Of a stretch of DNA of 37,605 nucleotides, positions 27,384-35,840 are shown piece after piece. Position 1 is the first letter of the stretch; every line of letters starts with the position of its first letter. Made by a program: the position numbers and the translations under genes. This DNA comes from Elusimicrobiota bacterium (lineage in GTDB: Bacteria > Elusimicrobiota > Elusimicrobia > Elusimicrobiales > UBA9959). A model generated the notes under the pieces. That model made no database searches and had not been told where the DNA came from. It was given only the letters and a program-made list of their open reading frames with translations. The stretch is from assembly GCA_030639665.1 (NCBI GenBank), contig DAOWCC010000002.1:1-37605 (forward strand), given 5' to 3'.

Positions 27384-28907
27384 TTAGATAAAATCCTTTT
27401 TGAATTCCGTTATAACGGATATAAGCTTTTCTTTAAGTTCATCGGTTATAACTTTCTTTTCATTCAGTTCTTTTTCAAGTTCGGAATGTTTGCTTTCAAT
27501 AAAACTGAATAAGTCAGTTTCAAATTTCTTTATCTTGGTAGTTTCAATATCATCAAGATAGCCGTTTGTTCCGGCAAAAATAATCACAACCTGATGAGCG
27601 GCGCTCATAGGCTGATACTGGTCTTGTTTAAGCAATTCGACAAGCTTTTCTCCTCTCAAAATCTGCTGTTGGCTGCTTTTATCCAAATCGGAGCCGAATT
27701 GCGCGAAGGCCGCGAGTTCATTATACTGAGCTAGTTCCAAACGAAGCTTTCCGGCAACTTGCCTCATGGCTTTTATTTGAGCCGCTCCGCCCACTCTGGA
27801 AACCGATATTCCCGCGTTCACGGCGGGCCGGATACCTGAATGGAAAAGACTGCTTTCAAGATAAATCTGTCCGTCCGTAATGGAAATAACATTGGTGGGA
27901 ATATAAGCGGTAACATCATTAGCCTGCGTTTCAATTATCGGTAAAGCGGTTAAAGAGCCTCCGCCGTTTTTCTCGGATAATTTACACGCCCTTTCAAGAA
28001 GTCTTGAATGAAGATAAAAAACATCTCCCGGATATGCTTCTCTGCCCGGAGGTCTTCTGAGCAATAATGACATCTGTCTATAAGCCTGAGCGTGTTTGGA
28101 TAAATCGTCATAAACAGCCAAGGCATGCTTGCCATTCCATAATAATTCTTCACCGATGGTACAAGCGGTATAAGGCGCGAGATATAATAAACTGGCGGGC
28201 TCGGACGCCGTGGCAGAAACAATAATGGAATATTCCATCGCGCCCGCATCTTCCAATGTCTTAACAATTCTGGCAACGGTGGACTCTTTCTGGCCTATGG
28301 CCACATAAATACAAATTGGTCTTGTAGCTTCGGGCTCTTTCTTTTGGTTTATAATAGCGTCAATGGCGACAGCTGTTTTTCCGGTTTGCCTATCGCCGAT
28401 AATAAGCTCTCTTTGGCCGCGGCCTATCGGTATCATGGCATCTATGGCTTTTAAGCCGGTATTAAGAGATTGGGTAACGGGAGCTCTTTCAACCACGCCC
28501 GGCGCTATAACTTCAACGGGTCTTCTCTTTTTGGCGTTAATCGGACCCTTGCCGTCGATAGGTCTGCCTAAAGCGTCAACGACTCTGCCTATAAGCTCGG
28601 GGCCGACGGGAATATCCATAACCCTATTGGTTCTTTTAACTTTATCACCTTCTTTAATTTTGGTATCGGGGCCCATGATAACACAACCGACATTTTGATA
28701 TTCAAGATTTAAAATCATGCCGAAAACACCGCTTTCAAATTCCACAAGCTCGCCCATAAGAGCGTTTTTCAAACCGTAAATCCGGGCTATGCCGTCTCCA
28801 ACCTGTAGGACTTGTCCCACTTCCCCCGTTTCGGCGTCGGGAACAAATTTTTCAATTCTAGTTTTTATAATATCGGTTATTTCTTCGGGCCTAATCATAT
28901 TATCCAC
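27384..28907 (-). CDS. atpA: F1 ATP synthase subunit alpha
   Basis: Walker A GDRQTGKT and alpha-specific motifs throughout its 507 aa. Confidence 0.95.
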   Translation of the reverse strand: MDNMIRPEEITDIIKTRIEKFVPDAETGEVGQVLQVGDGIARIYGLKNALMGELVEFESGVFGMILNLEYQNVGCVIMGPDTKIKEGDKVKRTNRVMDIPVGPELIGRVVDALGRPIDGKGPINAKKRRPVEVIAPGVVERAPVTQSLNTGLKAIDAMIPIGRGQRELIIGDRQTGKTAVAIDAIINQKKEPEATRPICIYVAIGQKESTVARIVKTLEDAGAMEYSIIVSATASEPASLLYLAPYTACTIGEELLWNGKHALAVYDDLSKHAQAYRQMSLLLRRPPGREAYPGDVFYLHSRLLERACKLSEKNGGGSLTALPIIETQANDVTAYIPTNVISITDGQIYLESSLFHSGIRPAVNAGISVSRVGGAAQIKAMRQVAGKLRLELAQYNELAAFAQFGSDLDKSSQQQILRGEKLVELLKQDQYQPMSAAHQVVIIFAGTNGYLDDIETTKIKKFETDLFSFIESKHSELEKELNEKKVITDELKEKLISVITEFKKDFI

Positions 28908-28935
28908 CTTGTCTGTTAGCTATTCGCCAAATAAA

Positions 28936-29484
28936 TTAGTTAAGTATTTCCTTTTTGAGTTTATTAATTCTTCCGTTTAAACTCGCGTCAACAAATAAAT
29001 CGTCCATTTTAATTTTAATGCCGCCGATAATGGCTTCGTCAATACTTTGAGAAAGCATTACTTTCTTGTCTATTATCGCGCCTAAAGCCTTTTCAAGCTT
29101 TTCAATCTCCGCCTCATCAATCTTGGTCTTGGAAGAAGCCAAAGCTCTGACTATGCCGGCATATCCGTCGACTATGCGCCCGGCCTCTTCAATTATGGCG
29201 CTTATCAAATAAAATCTATTTTCTTTAAGCAATAATTCAATAAAACCGGGGCAATTCCCGCTTAAATCAAATTTCGCTTTTCTGAAAATTTCCACCTTGC
29301 CGTCAAAAGGCAAAGCGGGATGAAGAAGAAATTTTTCAATAGGCTTAATTTCTTCTTGCAACCTAGTCAATTGGCTTACTTGCTCTCTGGCGGTCTTTTC
29401 GGTTTTCGCTAAATAGTCCAAACCGTCAAGATTTAAATACGCTCTCGCGTAACGCACGGCAAGAATTCTATCTGATGAATTCAT
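28936..29484 (-). CDS. atpH: F1 ATP synthase subunit delta (OSCP)
   Basis: 182 aa. N-terminus ...VRYARAY... Operon position between atpF and atpA. Confidence 0.85.
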   Translation of the reverse strand: MNSSDRILAVRYARAYLNLDGLDYLAKTEKTAREQVSQLTRLQEEIKPIEKFLLHPALPFDGKVEIFRKAKFDLSGNCPGFIELLLKENRFYLISAIIEEAGRIVDGYAGIVRALASSKTKIDEAEIEKLEKALGAIIDKKVMLSQSIDEAIIGGIKIKMDDLFVDASLNGRINKLKKEILN

Positions 29485-29488
29485 AATG

Positions 29489-29998
29489 TCAATTCTTTAA
29501 AGTTTTTCCGCTTTCAATATCATCTATCAAATCCGCGACTATCGTTTTATTAATATTCGCGTCTACGCTTTTTTTAAGAACTTTTTCCGCAGCCTTAAGA
29601 GAAATTTCCGCGATATCATTTTTCAATTCTTTCGCGAGCTTATCTTTTTCGGCGCTTAGCGCTTTTCTTGAATTTTCAAGAAGTTTTTGAGCATTGTCGC
29701 GCGCTTCGCCTAATATCTTATCTCTTTGCTTCTGGCCTTCTTTCCGCGCTTCGTCAAGCTTTAAACCCACATTTTTCTTAAGATCGGAAAGCTTTTCATC
29801 CAGGTTTTGTCTTATTAACTCAGCTTCTTCCCTATCTTTTTGGGCGGTCTCTCTTTCAAGACGAAGATTATTTTCCCTATCTTCAATAGCTTGAATAAGA
29901 GGCTTCCAAGCCATTTTGGAAAGTAAAATAAGTAAAATAATGAATATGGATATAGTCCAAAACATCAAACCAAATTCAGGTTTAACCAAAGCTTCCAT
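29489..29998 (-). CDS. atpF: Fo ATP synthase subunit b
   Basis: Single N-terminal TM followed by a long charged coiled coil. Operon position. Confidence 0.85.
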   Translation of the reverse strand: MEALVKPEFGLMFWTISIFIILLILLSKMAWKPLIQAIEDRENNLRLERETAQKDREEAELIRQNLDEKLSDLKKNVGLKLDEARKEGQKQRDKILGEARDNAQKLLENSRKALSAEKDKLAKELKNDIAEISLKAAEKVLKKSVDANINKTIVADLIDDIESGKTLKN

Positions 29999-30092
29999 AA
30001 AATCTCCTTAAACTACAATATAAAGAGCGGAGTCAGAAAGGCCGCGCCATTAATTACCCGGCGGACCCTCCATTCTCTGCAATCTTTATAAA

Positions 30093-30386
30093 TTATTTAT
30101 GCGCTTCAACAGCGGTATTATGATCCGCGCTCGGTTGTTTGGGTCCACTGAAATTCATGGCTATAAGCAAACAAATAACGAGAGCAAAAAATCCCAAACC
30201 TTCGATTAAAGCCGCGGCAATAATCATTGAAGTTCTTATGGCTCCGCCCGCTTCAGGCTGGCGAGCTGTTCCTTCCATGGCGCTGGCAGCCAATTGGCCT
30301 ATGCCTTTCGCCGCTCCCATCAAAACAATTCCGGCTCCGAGTCCGGCTCCAAGATAACCCATTCCAAGATATAACATATCGTTCAT
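30093..30386 (-). CDS. atpE: Fo ATP synthase subunit c, with an unusual hydrophilic C-terminal extension
   Basis: Two-helix hairpin with the ARQPE loop and carboxylate in AAALIEGLGFFALV. An extra roughly 20 residues (NFSGPKQPSADHNTAVEAHK) follow helix 2. Confidence 0.9.
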   Translation of the reverse strand: MNDMLYLGMGYLGAGLGAGIVLMGAAKGIGQLAASAMEGTARQPEAGGAIRTSMIIAAALIEGLGFFALVICLLIAMNFSGPKQPSADHNTAVEAHK

Positions 30387-30641
30387 ACTATTTCTCCTTT
30401 CGTTCAGTTTTCTGCCATTACTTCTTCGGCGGACCCGCCAACAGCCTGCCCGCCAAAGTTGTAATGGAGGGCTTTAGTGGCGGGAAGATTGAGGTTAAGA
30501 ACAAAAAAACCAAACCTCATTTAAAATTCCGCTTTAATTTTCAAAAATCTATTGCACTTCATTAACATCTCTTCATTGTTCAGTTTAAGAAACTTCTTAA
30601 AACTCTCTCAACTCAATCTCGGCCTTAATCTTAACCTGCCG

Positions 30642-31406
30642 TTAATGAGGATTCATCGCTCCACCGACAAAAATTGCCGTTAAAAAAGTAAAAATATACG
30701 CCTGCAAACAAGACACAAAAAGTTCAAGCAAAGAAACAAATAAAATCATAACTACGCTGACCGGAGCGGTAACGCCCAAACCAAGCAATGGATTAATGGC
30801 TCCAAACATAAAAATCAAACCCATAAAAGAGAGAATAACAATATGTCCGGCTATCATATTGGCAAATAAACGAATACAAAGAGCAAAAGACTTGGTTATG
30901 AGCCCGATTACTTCAATTGGAAAAAGCAAAGGAAAAAGCCAAACGGGAACACCCGCTGGAACTATATGCTTTATATAATTTGAAAACCCTTGTTCTCTGA
31001 TGCCCGCAAAATTTATAAATACAAATGTGGTAAGCGCCATAGCTCCCGTTACGGCTATATTGCCGGTGGCGGTGGCGCCGAAAGGAACCATGCCCAATAA
31101 ATTACATATCAGAATGAAAAAAAACAATGTGGCAAAGTATGGAAGATATTTAATTCCGCCTTGACCCAAATTGGGAATGACAATATCATCGCGAATAAAA
31201 AGGAATATGGCTTCAAGCGCGGTTTTAAACGGCATGAGTTTGGAACTTTTGATTCTTATTATAAGAGGAAAAAAGACAAGCATTATCAAAGCCGCGATAA
31301 TCATCATTAGCAAGTGCTTGCTTAAAGGAAGCTGTAGGGGCCCGAGGTTTACCCAATTCCAAGCATGGTCTATTATATGATGTTCAAGAATCTCTTTGAG
31401 GTCCAT
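30642..31406 (-). CDS. atpB: Fo ATP synthase subunit a
   Basis: Conserved Arg helix ALCIRLFANMIAGH. Polytopic. Confidence 0.9.
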   Translation of the reverse strand: MDLKEILEHHIIDHAWNWVNLGPLQLPLSKHLLMMIIAALIMLVFFPLIIRIKSSKLMPFKTALEAIFLFIRDDIVIPNLGQGGIKYLPYFATLFFFILICNLLGMVPFGATATGNIAVTGAMALTTFVFINFAGIREQGFSNYIKHIVPAGVPVWLFPLLFPIEVIGLITKSFALCIRLFANMIAGHIVILSFMGLIFMFGAINPLLGLGVTAPVSVVMILFVSLLELFVSCLQAYIFTFLTAIFVGGAMNPH

Positions 31407-31671
31407 TTTTTTTAATAGGTTTTAATTCAAAAATAAATTGTGAAAATATTAAACTTAACGCAAAAGGCACTATCATTATACTATTTTTATATTTTAAGTA
31501 AACGACCGCCGCCACAAGGAAAACAAGCCTGTAAAATATTCCCAGAAGCCAGACGGAATAAAAAATCTTATCGGATTTATTTATCGCGAATTTAAGCGAA
31601 ATTCTTGATATCAAGCCGTTAAAAACTCCGAAAACAATACCCGTCAATATATAATTAAACATCCCCATCAT
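31384..31671 (-). CDS. AtpI-like small membrane protein
   Basis: 95 aa with about 3 hydrophobic helices, located directly upstream of atpB where atpI usually sits. Confidence 0.55.
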   Translation of the reverse strand: MMGMFNYILTGIVFGVFNGLISRISLKFAINKSDKIFYSVWLLGIFYRLVFLVAAVVYLKYKNSIMIVPFALSLIFSQFIFELKPIKKNGPQRDS

Positions 31672-31864
31672 CCTTTTTTACCGCTCTATAAAGCAAATAA
31701 AATCCCGCGGCCATGCCCGCAAATGAACCTAAAACAGTACACCAAGGCAATGAGTCTAAAAATCCGTCAAGCTTATAACCGCCATAAAATCCCAAAAGCA
31801 CGGCCCCGGCCAGCTCAAGACCTATTTGAGTATATTTGAAAGCGTTATTTTTCTTATCAATCAC
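31655..31864 (-). CDS. AtpZ/ATPase_gene1-family small membrane protein
   Basis: Sequence ...YTQIGLELAGAVLLGFYGGYKLD...LGSFAGMAAGFY matches the AtpZ family pattern. GTG start. First gene of the atp operon. Confidence 0.65.
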   Translation of the reverse strand: MIDKKNNAFKYTQIGLELAGAVLLGFYGGYKLDGFLDSLPWCTVLGSFAGMAAGFYLLYRAVKKDDGDV

Positions 31865-32004
31865 GCCAAAATTTTACCAAATTTTGGTCGTTCCCCGTGT
31901 AACTTTTCACAGGACTAACATCCTTGGAATCTTTCAGATTCCTAAGGGCACACAGTTACCGACACTTTATGACGCATAGCCTCAATTTTTGCTATTATCT
32001 AATT

Positions 32005-33726
32005 ATGGGCGAGAATAATGAAAATCCTAAAATTCTGATAGTAGACACCGATGGCAGAAACATTGAAATGCTTGCTCAATTATTGGAGCCGGAAAACTAT
32101 ATTGTCCGCGACACCTCCAATTATCAAACATCTTTAACCACCATTCAAAACTGGAAACCCGATTTGGTCGTGTTAAATGTTTTAATTTCAACTTTCAATC
32201 CCATTGATTTTATAGCGGAAATAAGAAAAAACCCCTTTATTGAGAATCAAAAAATCTTAATTTTATCCCAAAATCCAAAAATAGATATTGTTACCGGACC
32301 CGCGCCAAAAGTTACGGGTTATTTAACCAAGCCGGTAGACTTCGAAGTTTTAAAAAGCGAACTCGCGCGAAACATTGGTCCAAGTGAAAAAAACAATCCT
32401 CTTACCGTAATGGTAGCCGACGACGATGAAGAATTTTGCGATTTACTTAAAATGTTTTTGGAATCCAATTCATATAAGCCTTTAATCATTAATGACGCGC
32501 AAAAAGTTGTCCAAGCGGCAAAAGAGAAAAACCCCAACCTTTTGCTTCTCGACTTGATGATGCCGCGAAAAGACGGCTTTCAAATAATGGATGAACTTCA
32601 AGATGAAGCTCAAACAGCTGAAATCCCAATAATAGTTTTAAGCGCCCTAAGACTTAATGATTATCAAGAAAAAGGCGTGCTTACGGGACTGCCTGAAATA
32701 ATATCCAAAGAATTGCCTAAAGACATAGTGCTTAAGGTCATCAAAAACTGCATAGGCAAAAATAATTCTCCTGAAATCAAAGAATTGGACAAAACAATAA
32801 AACCCCGAGTTTTAATCGCGGACGATCAAACCGAACTTTTACTTTTAATGAAAGAAACCTTGGAGAATGAAGGTTTTGAAGTTGCCGCGGCAAACGACGG
32901 AAAAGAAGCTCTTCAAATGGCTTTTGAAAGCCATCCCGATATCGCGGTCTTGGATTATAATATGCCGCATAAAGACGGTTTAGCGGTGGCGGCGGAATTA
33001 AAAGACAATCCTCTATTCGCTCATGTGCCAATAATAATTGTAACCGCTTATAGCGAGAAACAAACCAAGATGAAAGGGCTAAGCATGGGAATAGACGACT
33101 ATTTGATAAAGCCCGTTGACACGGATGAATTAATAGCCAGAATAAGAATGATACTTAAACGCACCAAACAAGTTTTAGATACAAATCCCTTATCCAAACT
33201 TCCCGGAAACCCTTCAATACAAGCGAGAATTGAAAGAGAAATCGCGAAACAATCCGATTTCGCCGTTCTTTATTTGGACCTCGACCATTTTAAGGCCTAT
33301 AATGACGCTTATGGTTTTGACGCCGGAGACTTGGTATTAAAAACAACGGCCAACCTTTTAGTTAAGCTGACTATGCAAAATGAAAATTCCGAAGATTTTA
33401 TAGGCCATATAGGCGGAGATGATTTTATTATCGTTACCACCTATCAAAGAGCCGAAGACTTATGTAAAACCATAACCAATAGCTTTGATGAAATATCCCC
33501 TTCCTTCTATAATGAAAAAGATAAAGCGGAAGGCAGTATAATTTCCACCGATAGACAAGGCAATGCCAAGAAATTCCCCTTTGTTTCAATATCAATCGGT
33601 GTAATTCACAATAAACTGCGCCGACTTACCTCATTCGCCCAAATAAGCAATATCGGAACAGAACTCAAGAAAAAAGCAAAAAAAGAACTTACCAGCTCTT
33701 ACGTCTTTGACCAAAGAAAAGATTGA
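32005..33726 (+). CDS. Response regulator with three receiver domains and a C-terminal GGDEF-like domain (signature GGDDF)
   Basis: REC1 lacks the phospho-acceptor Asp (DLVVLNVLIS). REC2 (LLLLDLMMPRKDG) and REC3 (IAVLDYNMPHKDG) are canonical. The GGDEF fold shows LYLDLDHFKAYND and HIGGDDFIIV. ATG 32005 is preferred over the track's TTG 31924. Confidence 0.85.
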   Translation: MGENNENPKILIVDTDGRNIEMLAQLLEPENYIVRDTSNYQTSLTTIQNWKPDLVVLNVLISTFNPIDFIAEIRKNPFIENQKILILSQNPKIDIVTGPAPKVTGYLTKPVDFEVLKSELARNIGPSEKNNPLTVMVADDDEEFCDLLKMFLESNSYKPLIINDAQKVVQAAKEKNPNLLLLDLMMPRKDGFQIMDELQDEAQTAEIPIIVLSALRLNDYQEKGVLTGLPEIISKELPKDIVLKVIKNCIGKNNSPEIKELDKTIKPRVLIADDQTELLLLMKETLENEGFEVAAANDGKEALQMAFESHPDIAVLDYNMPHKDGLAVAAELKDNPLFAHVPIIIVTAYSEKQTKMKGLSMGIDDYLIKPVDTDELIARIRMILKRTKQVLDTNPLSKLPGNPSIQARIEREIAKQSDFAVLYLDLDHFKAYNDAYGFDAGDLVLKTTANLLVKLTMQNENSEDFIGHIGGDDFIIVTTYQRAEDLCKTITNSFDEISPSFYNEKDKAEGSIISTDRQGNAKKFPFVSISIGVIHNKLRRLTSFAQISNIGTELKKKAKKELTSSYVFDQRKD

Positions 33727-33751
33727 GCTTCATAGAGTTTCTATGAAGCGA

Positions 33752-33836
33752 AACCCACACACATACATAACACCTTTCAAGCTTTCTTTAAAAAAGCTAA
33801 CAAATTTACATATGTGTGCGGGTTATTTTCTTTTGT
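33752..33836 (+). terminator. Compound hairpin followed by a U-rich tract (terminator of the regulator gene)
   Basis: AACCCACACACAT (33752-33764) pairs with ATGTGTGCGGGTT (33812-33824) with one mismatch. It encloses an AGCTTT/AAAGCT hairpin and is followed by ATTTTCTTTTGTT. Confidence 0.5.
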
Positions 33837-33885
33837 TAAAACACTTATTACCCTGCGACGGAGGGTTATCCCGCCTATGGCGGGA

Positions 33886-33920
33886 TAAAAAACGCCGTCC
33901 CTTTATTCAAGGAACGGCGT
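33886..33920 (-). terminator. Rho-independent terminator of the SWIB gene
   Basis: On the minus strand, ACGCCGTTCC-ttgaataaa-GGGACGGCGT is followed by TTTTTT. A second hairpin TTATCCCGCC-tat-GGCGGGATAA (33866-33888) is adjacent. Confidence 0.7.
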
Positions 33921-33942
33921 AATTTAGAAATAAAAGACAAGT

Positions 33943-34203
33943 TTATTTCGCGTGATTGCCTATGAACTTCGCAAGCTCAAACATGCTGACTTGTTTTTTA
34001 CCGCCAAAGAACTTTAAAAGCTTCTCATCGGCATTGATGTTTCTTCTGTTTTTGCTATCTTGAAGATTATTCTTCTTGATATATACCCAGAGTTTCTTAA
34101 CAATCTCTGTTCTCGGCACTGGTTTATTTCCAATAATGTCGGAAAGAACAGCATCAAGGGTAAGGGGCTTCATAAACTTTGAATTCTTTTTTGCAACTGC
34201 CAT
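33943..34203 (-). CDS. SWIB/MDM2 domain protein (86 aa)
   Basis: Diagnostic pattern ...PVPRTEIVKKLWVYIKKNNLQDSKNRRNINADEKLLKFFGGKKQVSMFELAKFI... Confidence 0.85.
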   Translation of the reverse strand: MAVAKKNSKFMKPLTLDAVLSDIIGNKPVPRTEIVKKLWVYIKKNNLQDSKNRRNINADEKLLKFFGGKKQVSMFELAKFIGNHAK

Positions 34204-34402
34204 AGTGATTCCTCCTGATTAAAATTATACTGTACCTAATTTAATACCGTATATTTGTGTTTTCATATATTACCATATTTTCACCCCCTACTTGTCAATA
34301 GGTTTTTTAATTTCCCCTATGAGTCTGTCCGGCATAGAGCTTTCATGGCGAAATTGATGATTTTAAGACTAAAGGACATGGATTCAAGTCTTCATTATTT
34401 TA

Positions 34403-35263
34403 TTAATCCCACTCATTCCAGCTCTTCTTCTCCGAATCATAAGTATATTTCATAAACATGAAAGTTTTGCAGGTCATAATATAACCATCCTCTCCTACGG
34501 CGGGACCGGGGAATGGAGTATCATTCAGCCTCTTGAGAAAATATAAAAGTCTACGCCTTCTACCCGGACATTTAGGCACGGCCGCAATATAGTCAGGGAC
34601 AAGCGCAGAGGGATGAGAAGGGTAATACCCTGTTTTGGCATGATAACTGTCTATAGCGGAAATCAGAGGCTGCATGGTTTTCTGAATTTTATGTCTTAAA
34701 TAATATCCGCCGTGAACCATTCCGGCGGCCCCCAGAATAACAGCCAACATCCAGACAAAAGCCTTCCGTTTGTCAGCCAAACCCTTTGGCGTAGGTTTTG
34801 AGTGATAGCCAGTCGCCATAACAAAAAACCGTCCTACTGTAAATAGTAAGGCGATACCGATAAATGGATAAAGCATCATCTGGATATTGAATGACAAATG
34901 ACTCAGAATCCAGAACGCAATCACAAAAATAATAGCGCCCCATGGGATAGAAACTCGGCTTGCGACCTCCGTCGTTTCCATGGTTTTGCTACCCACTTGC
35001 TCTTCAACTTTACAAATTACAGGCGCCGCTCTTTCTTCCGGGGAACCGGAATCGGGACACAATGACATTATCCACTTGTAAGAGCGAATCATTAGAGCAT
35101 ACGCCCCCCACGCTAAAAACGCGTAAACAATAGTCTTAAGCGGGGTTCCTATTCTTAAATTTAGAACGGCGATAAGCGCAAAATGTAGCGCCGCTATTGC
35201 CAAGATTATGGTAATTATCCACGCAAATATTTTAATTACAATCTTATAGATTGATATAGCCAT
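34403..35263 (-). CDS. Orphan polytopic membrane protein with a soluble C-terminal domain
   Basis: Several TM helices. The C-terminal segment ISAIDSYHAKTGYYPSHPSALVPDYIAAVPKCPG is reminiscent of the pseudopilin/GspG-type motif. ATG 35263 has an AGAGGA RBS (the track gives TTG 35281). Confidence 0.6.
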   Translation of the reverse strand: MAISIYKIVIKIFAWIITIILAIAALHFALIAVLNLRIGTPLKTIVYAFLAWGAYALMIRSYKWIMSLCPDSGSPEERAAPVICKVEEQVGSKTMETTEVASRVSIPWGAIIFVIAFWILSHLSFNIQMMLYPFIGIALLFTVGRFFVMATGYHSKPTPKGLADKRKAFVWMLAVILGAAGMVHGGYYLRHKIQKTMQPLISAIDSYHAKTGYYPSHPSALVPDYIAAVPKCPGRRRRLLYFLKRLNDTPFPGPAVGEDGYIMTCKTFMFMKYTYDSEKKSWNEWD

Positions 35264-35320
35264 AAATCCTCTTGCACTCAACGGAATGTTTTAAATTTTT
35301 GCTTATACCCAACTTCCTTA

Positions 35321-35353
35321 AAAATAATATATCAAATTCATCGAACATTACCC
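35321..35353 (-). promoter_or_regulatory. Conserved promoter-like box (minus strand GGGTAATGTTCGATGAATTTGATATATTATTTT)
   Basis: Third copy of the box, upstream of the membrane-protein ORF. Confidence 0.5.
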
Positions 35354-35382
35354 TTTTCTTGCGATTGGTTTATTTAAAGAAG

Positions 35383-35443
35383 TGCCCACACCCTAATTAT
35401 TACTTGAATTACCCAACCCAAAACAAGGAAAGCATTTATAAAT
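35383..35443 (-). repeat. GC-rich noncoding element, truncated copy D (first ~60 nt only), immediately 3' of the 107-aa ORF
   Basis: Minus strand TTTCCTTGTTTTGGGTTGGGTAATTCAAGTAATAATTAGGGTGTGGGCAC parallels the start of copy A, CCTTATGCAGGGTTGGGTAATTCAGGTTTATCTTAATTGGGGTTGGG. Confidence 0.7.
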
Positions 35444-35767
35444 TTAATTATTTTTAAGAACTTGTTCTAAAACATGATTTATAGCCATTTTTGCACCTTT
35501 AGAAGTTTTAGAATCTTGAAGAACTGGGTCTATAAACTTAATTTTAACCTCATCCAAAGGGATAGGACCACAAAGTTCAAAAACCAAATTAGACTTTGCT
35601 TTATCAACAGCATCAACATCCTTTTGAGTCTTTGTTCCTGTGCGTTGCATATTATCCCAAGCAACATTCGAAACCTCAATTAATTTTGAACAACACTCTC
35701 TAATATTTGCCTCAGATGTTTCGATTGCCTTTTTTTTAAACCAAGAAATAATTTTTGATATCATCAT
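35444..35767 (-). CDS. Orphan hypothetical protein (107 aa)
   Basis: Clean ORF with a GAGGGAGAGGG RBS. No recognisable motif. Confidence 0.55.
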   Translation of the reverse strand: MMISKIISWFKKKAIETSEANIRECCSKLIEVSNVAWDNMQRTGTKTQKDVDAVDKAKSNLVFELCGPIPLDEVKIKFIDPVLQDSKTSKGAKMAINHVLEQVLKNN

Positions 35768-35808
35768 CCCTCTCCCTCTATGTTATTTAAGTACACATTA
35801 TAACTTAA

Positions 35809-35840
35809 AAACAATATATCAAATTCATCAGAAATTTCCT
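35809..35840 (-). promoter_or_regulatory. Conserved promoter-like box (minus strand GGAAATTTCTGATGAATTTGATATATTGTTT)
   Basis: Second copy of the box, about 40 nt upstream of the 107-aa ORF. Confidence 0.55.

Noticed and set aside
28363-28698. Antisense or alternate-frame ORFs nested in well-supported genes. Examples: 523-750, 591-815, 1255-1476, 7923-8144, 8463-8708, 11472-11976, 15533-16320, 19189-19952, 26040-26399, 27950-28276, 28363-28698, 30139-30565, 32777-33031, 36293-36529, 37175-37360
   Set aside because: Each lies fully inside a longer ORF with clear family signatures on the other strand or frame. They have low-complexity or biased composition and no RBS. They are typical shadow ORFs.
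31924-32004. N-terminal extensions offered by the ORF track (TTG 31924 for the regulator; also 12418 for HAD, 17593 for the 54-aa gene, 18610 for the secreted protein, 35281 for the membrane protein)
   Set aside because: The extensions use rare start codons, lack an RBS, and add non-homologous leaders ahead of the canonical domain start or signal peptide. Downstream ATGs fit better.
34267-34298. Candidate promoter for the SWIB gene (minus strand TTGACA ... TGGTAATAT)
   Set aside because: The spacing between the TTGACA and TAATAT hexamers is about 20 nt, too long for a standard sigma70 promoter. Left unannotated.
35825-35831. Hammerhead-ribozyme core CUGAUGA on the minus strand within the promoter box
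   Set aside because: No stem II hairpin followed by GAAA, and no stem I/III, can be drawn. The copy at 23091-23098 reads CUGAUGG, so the core is not conserved.
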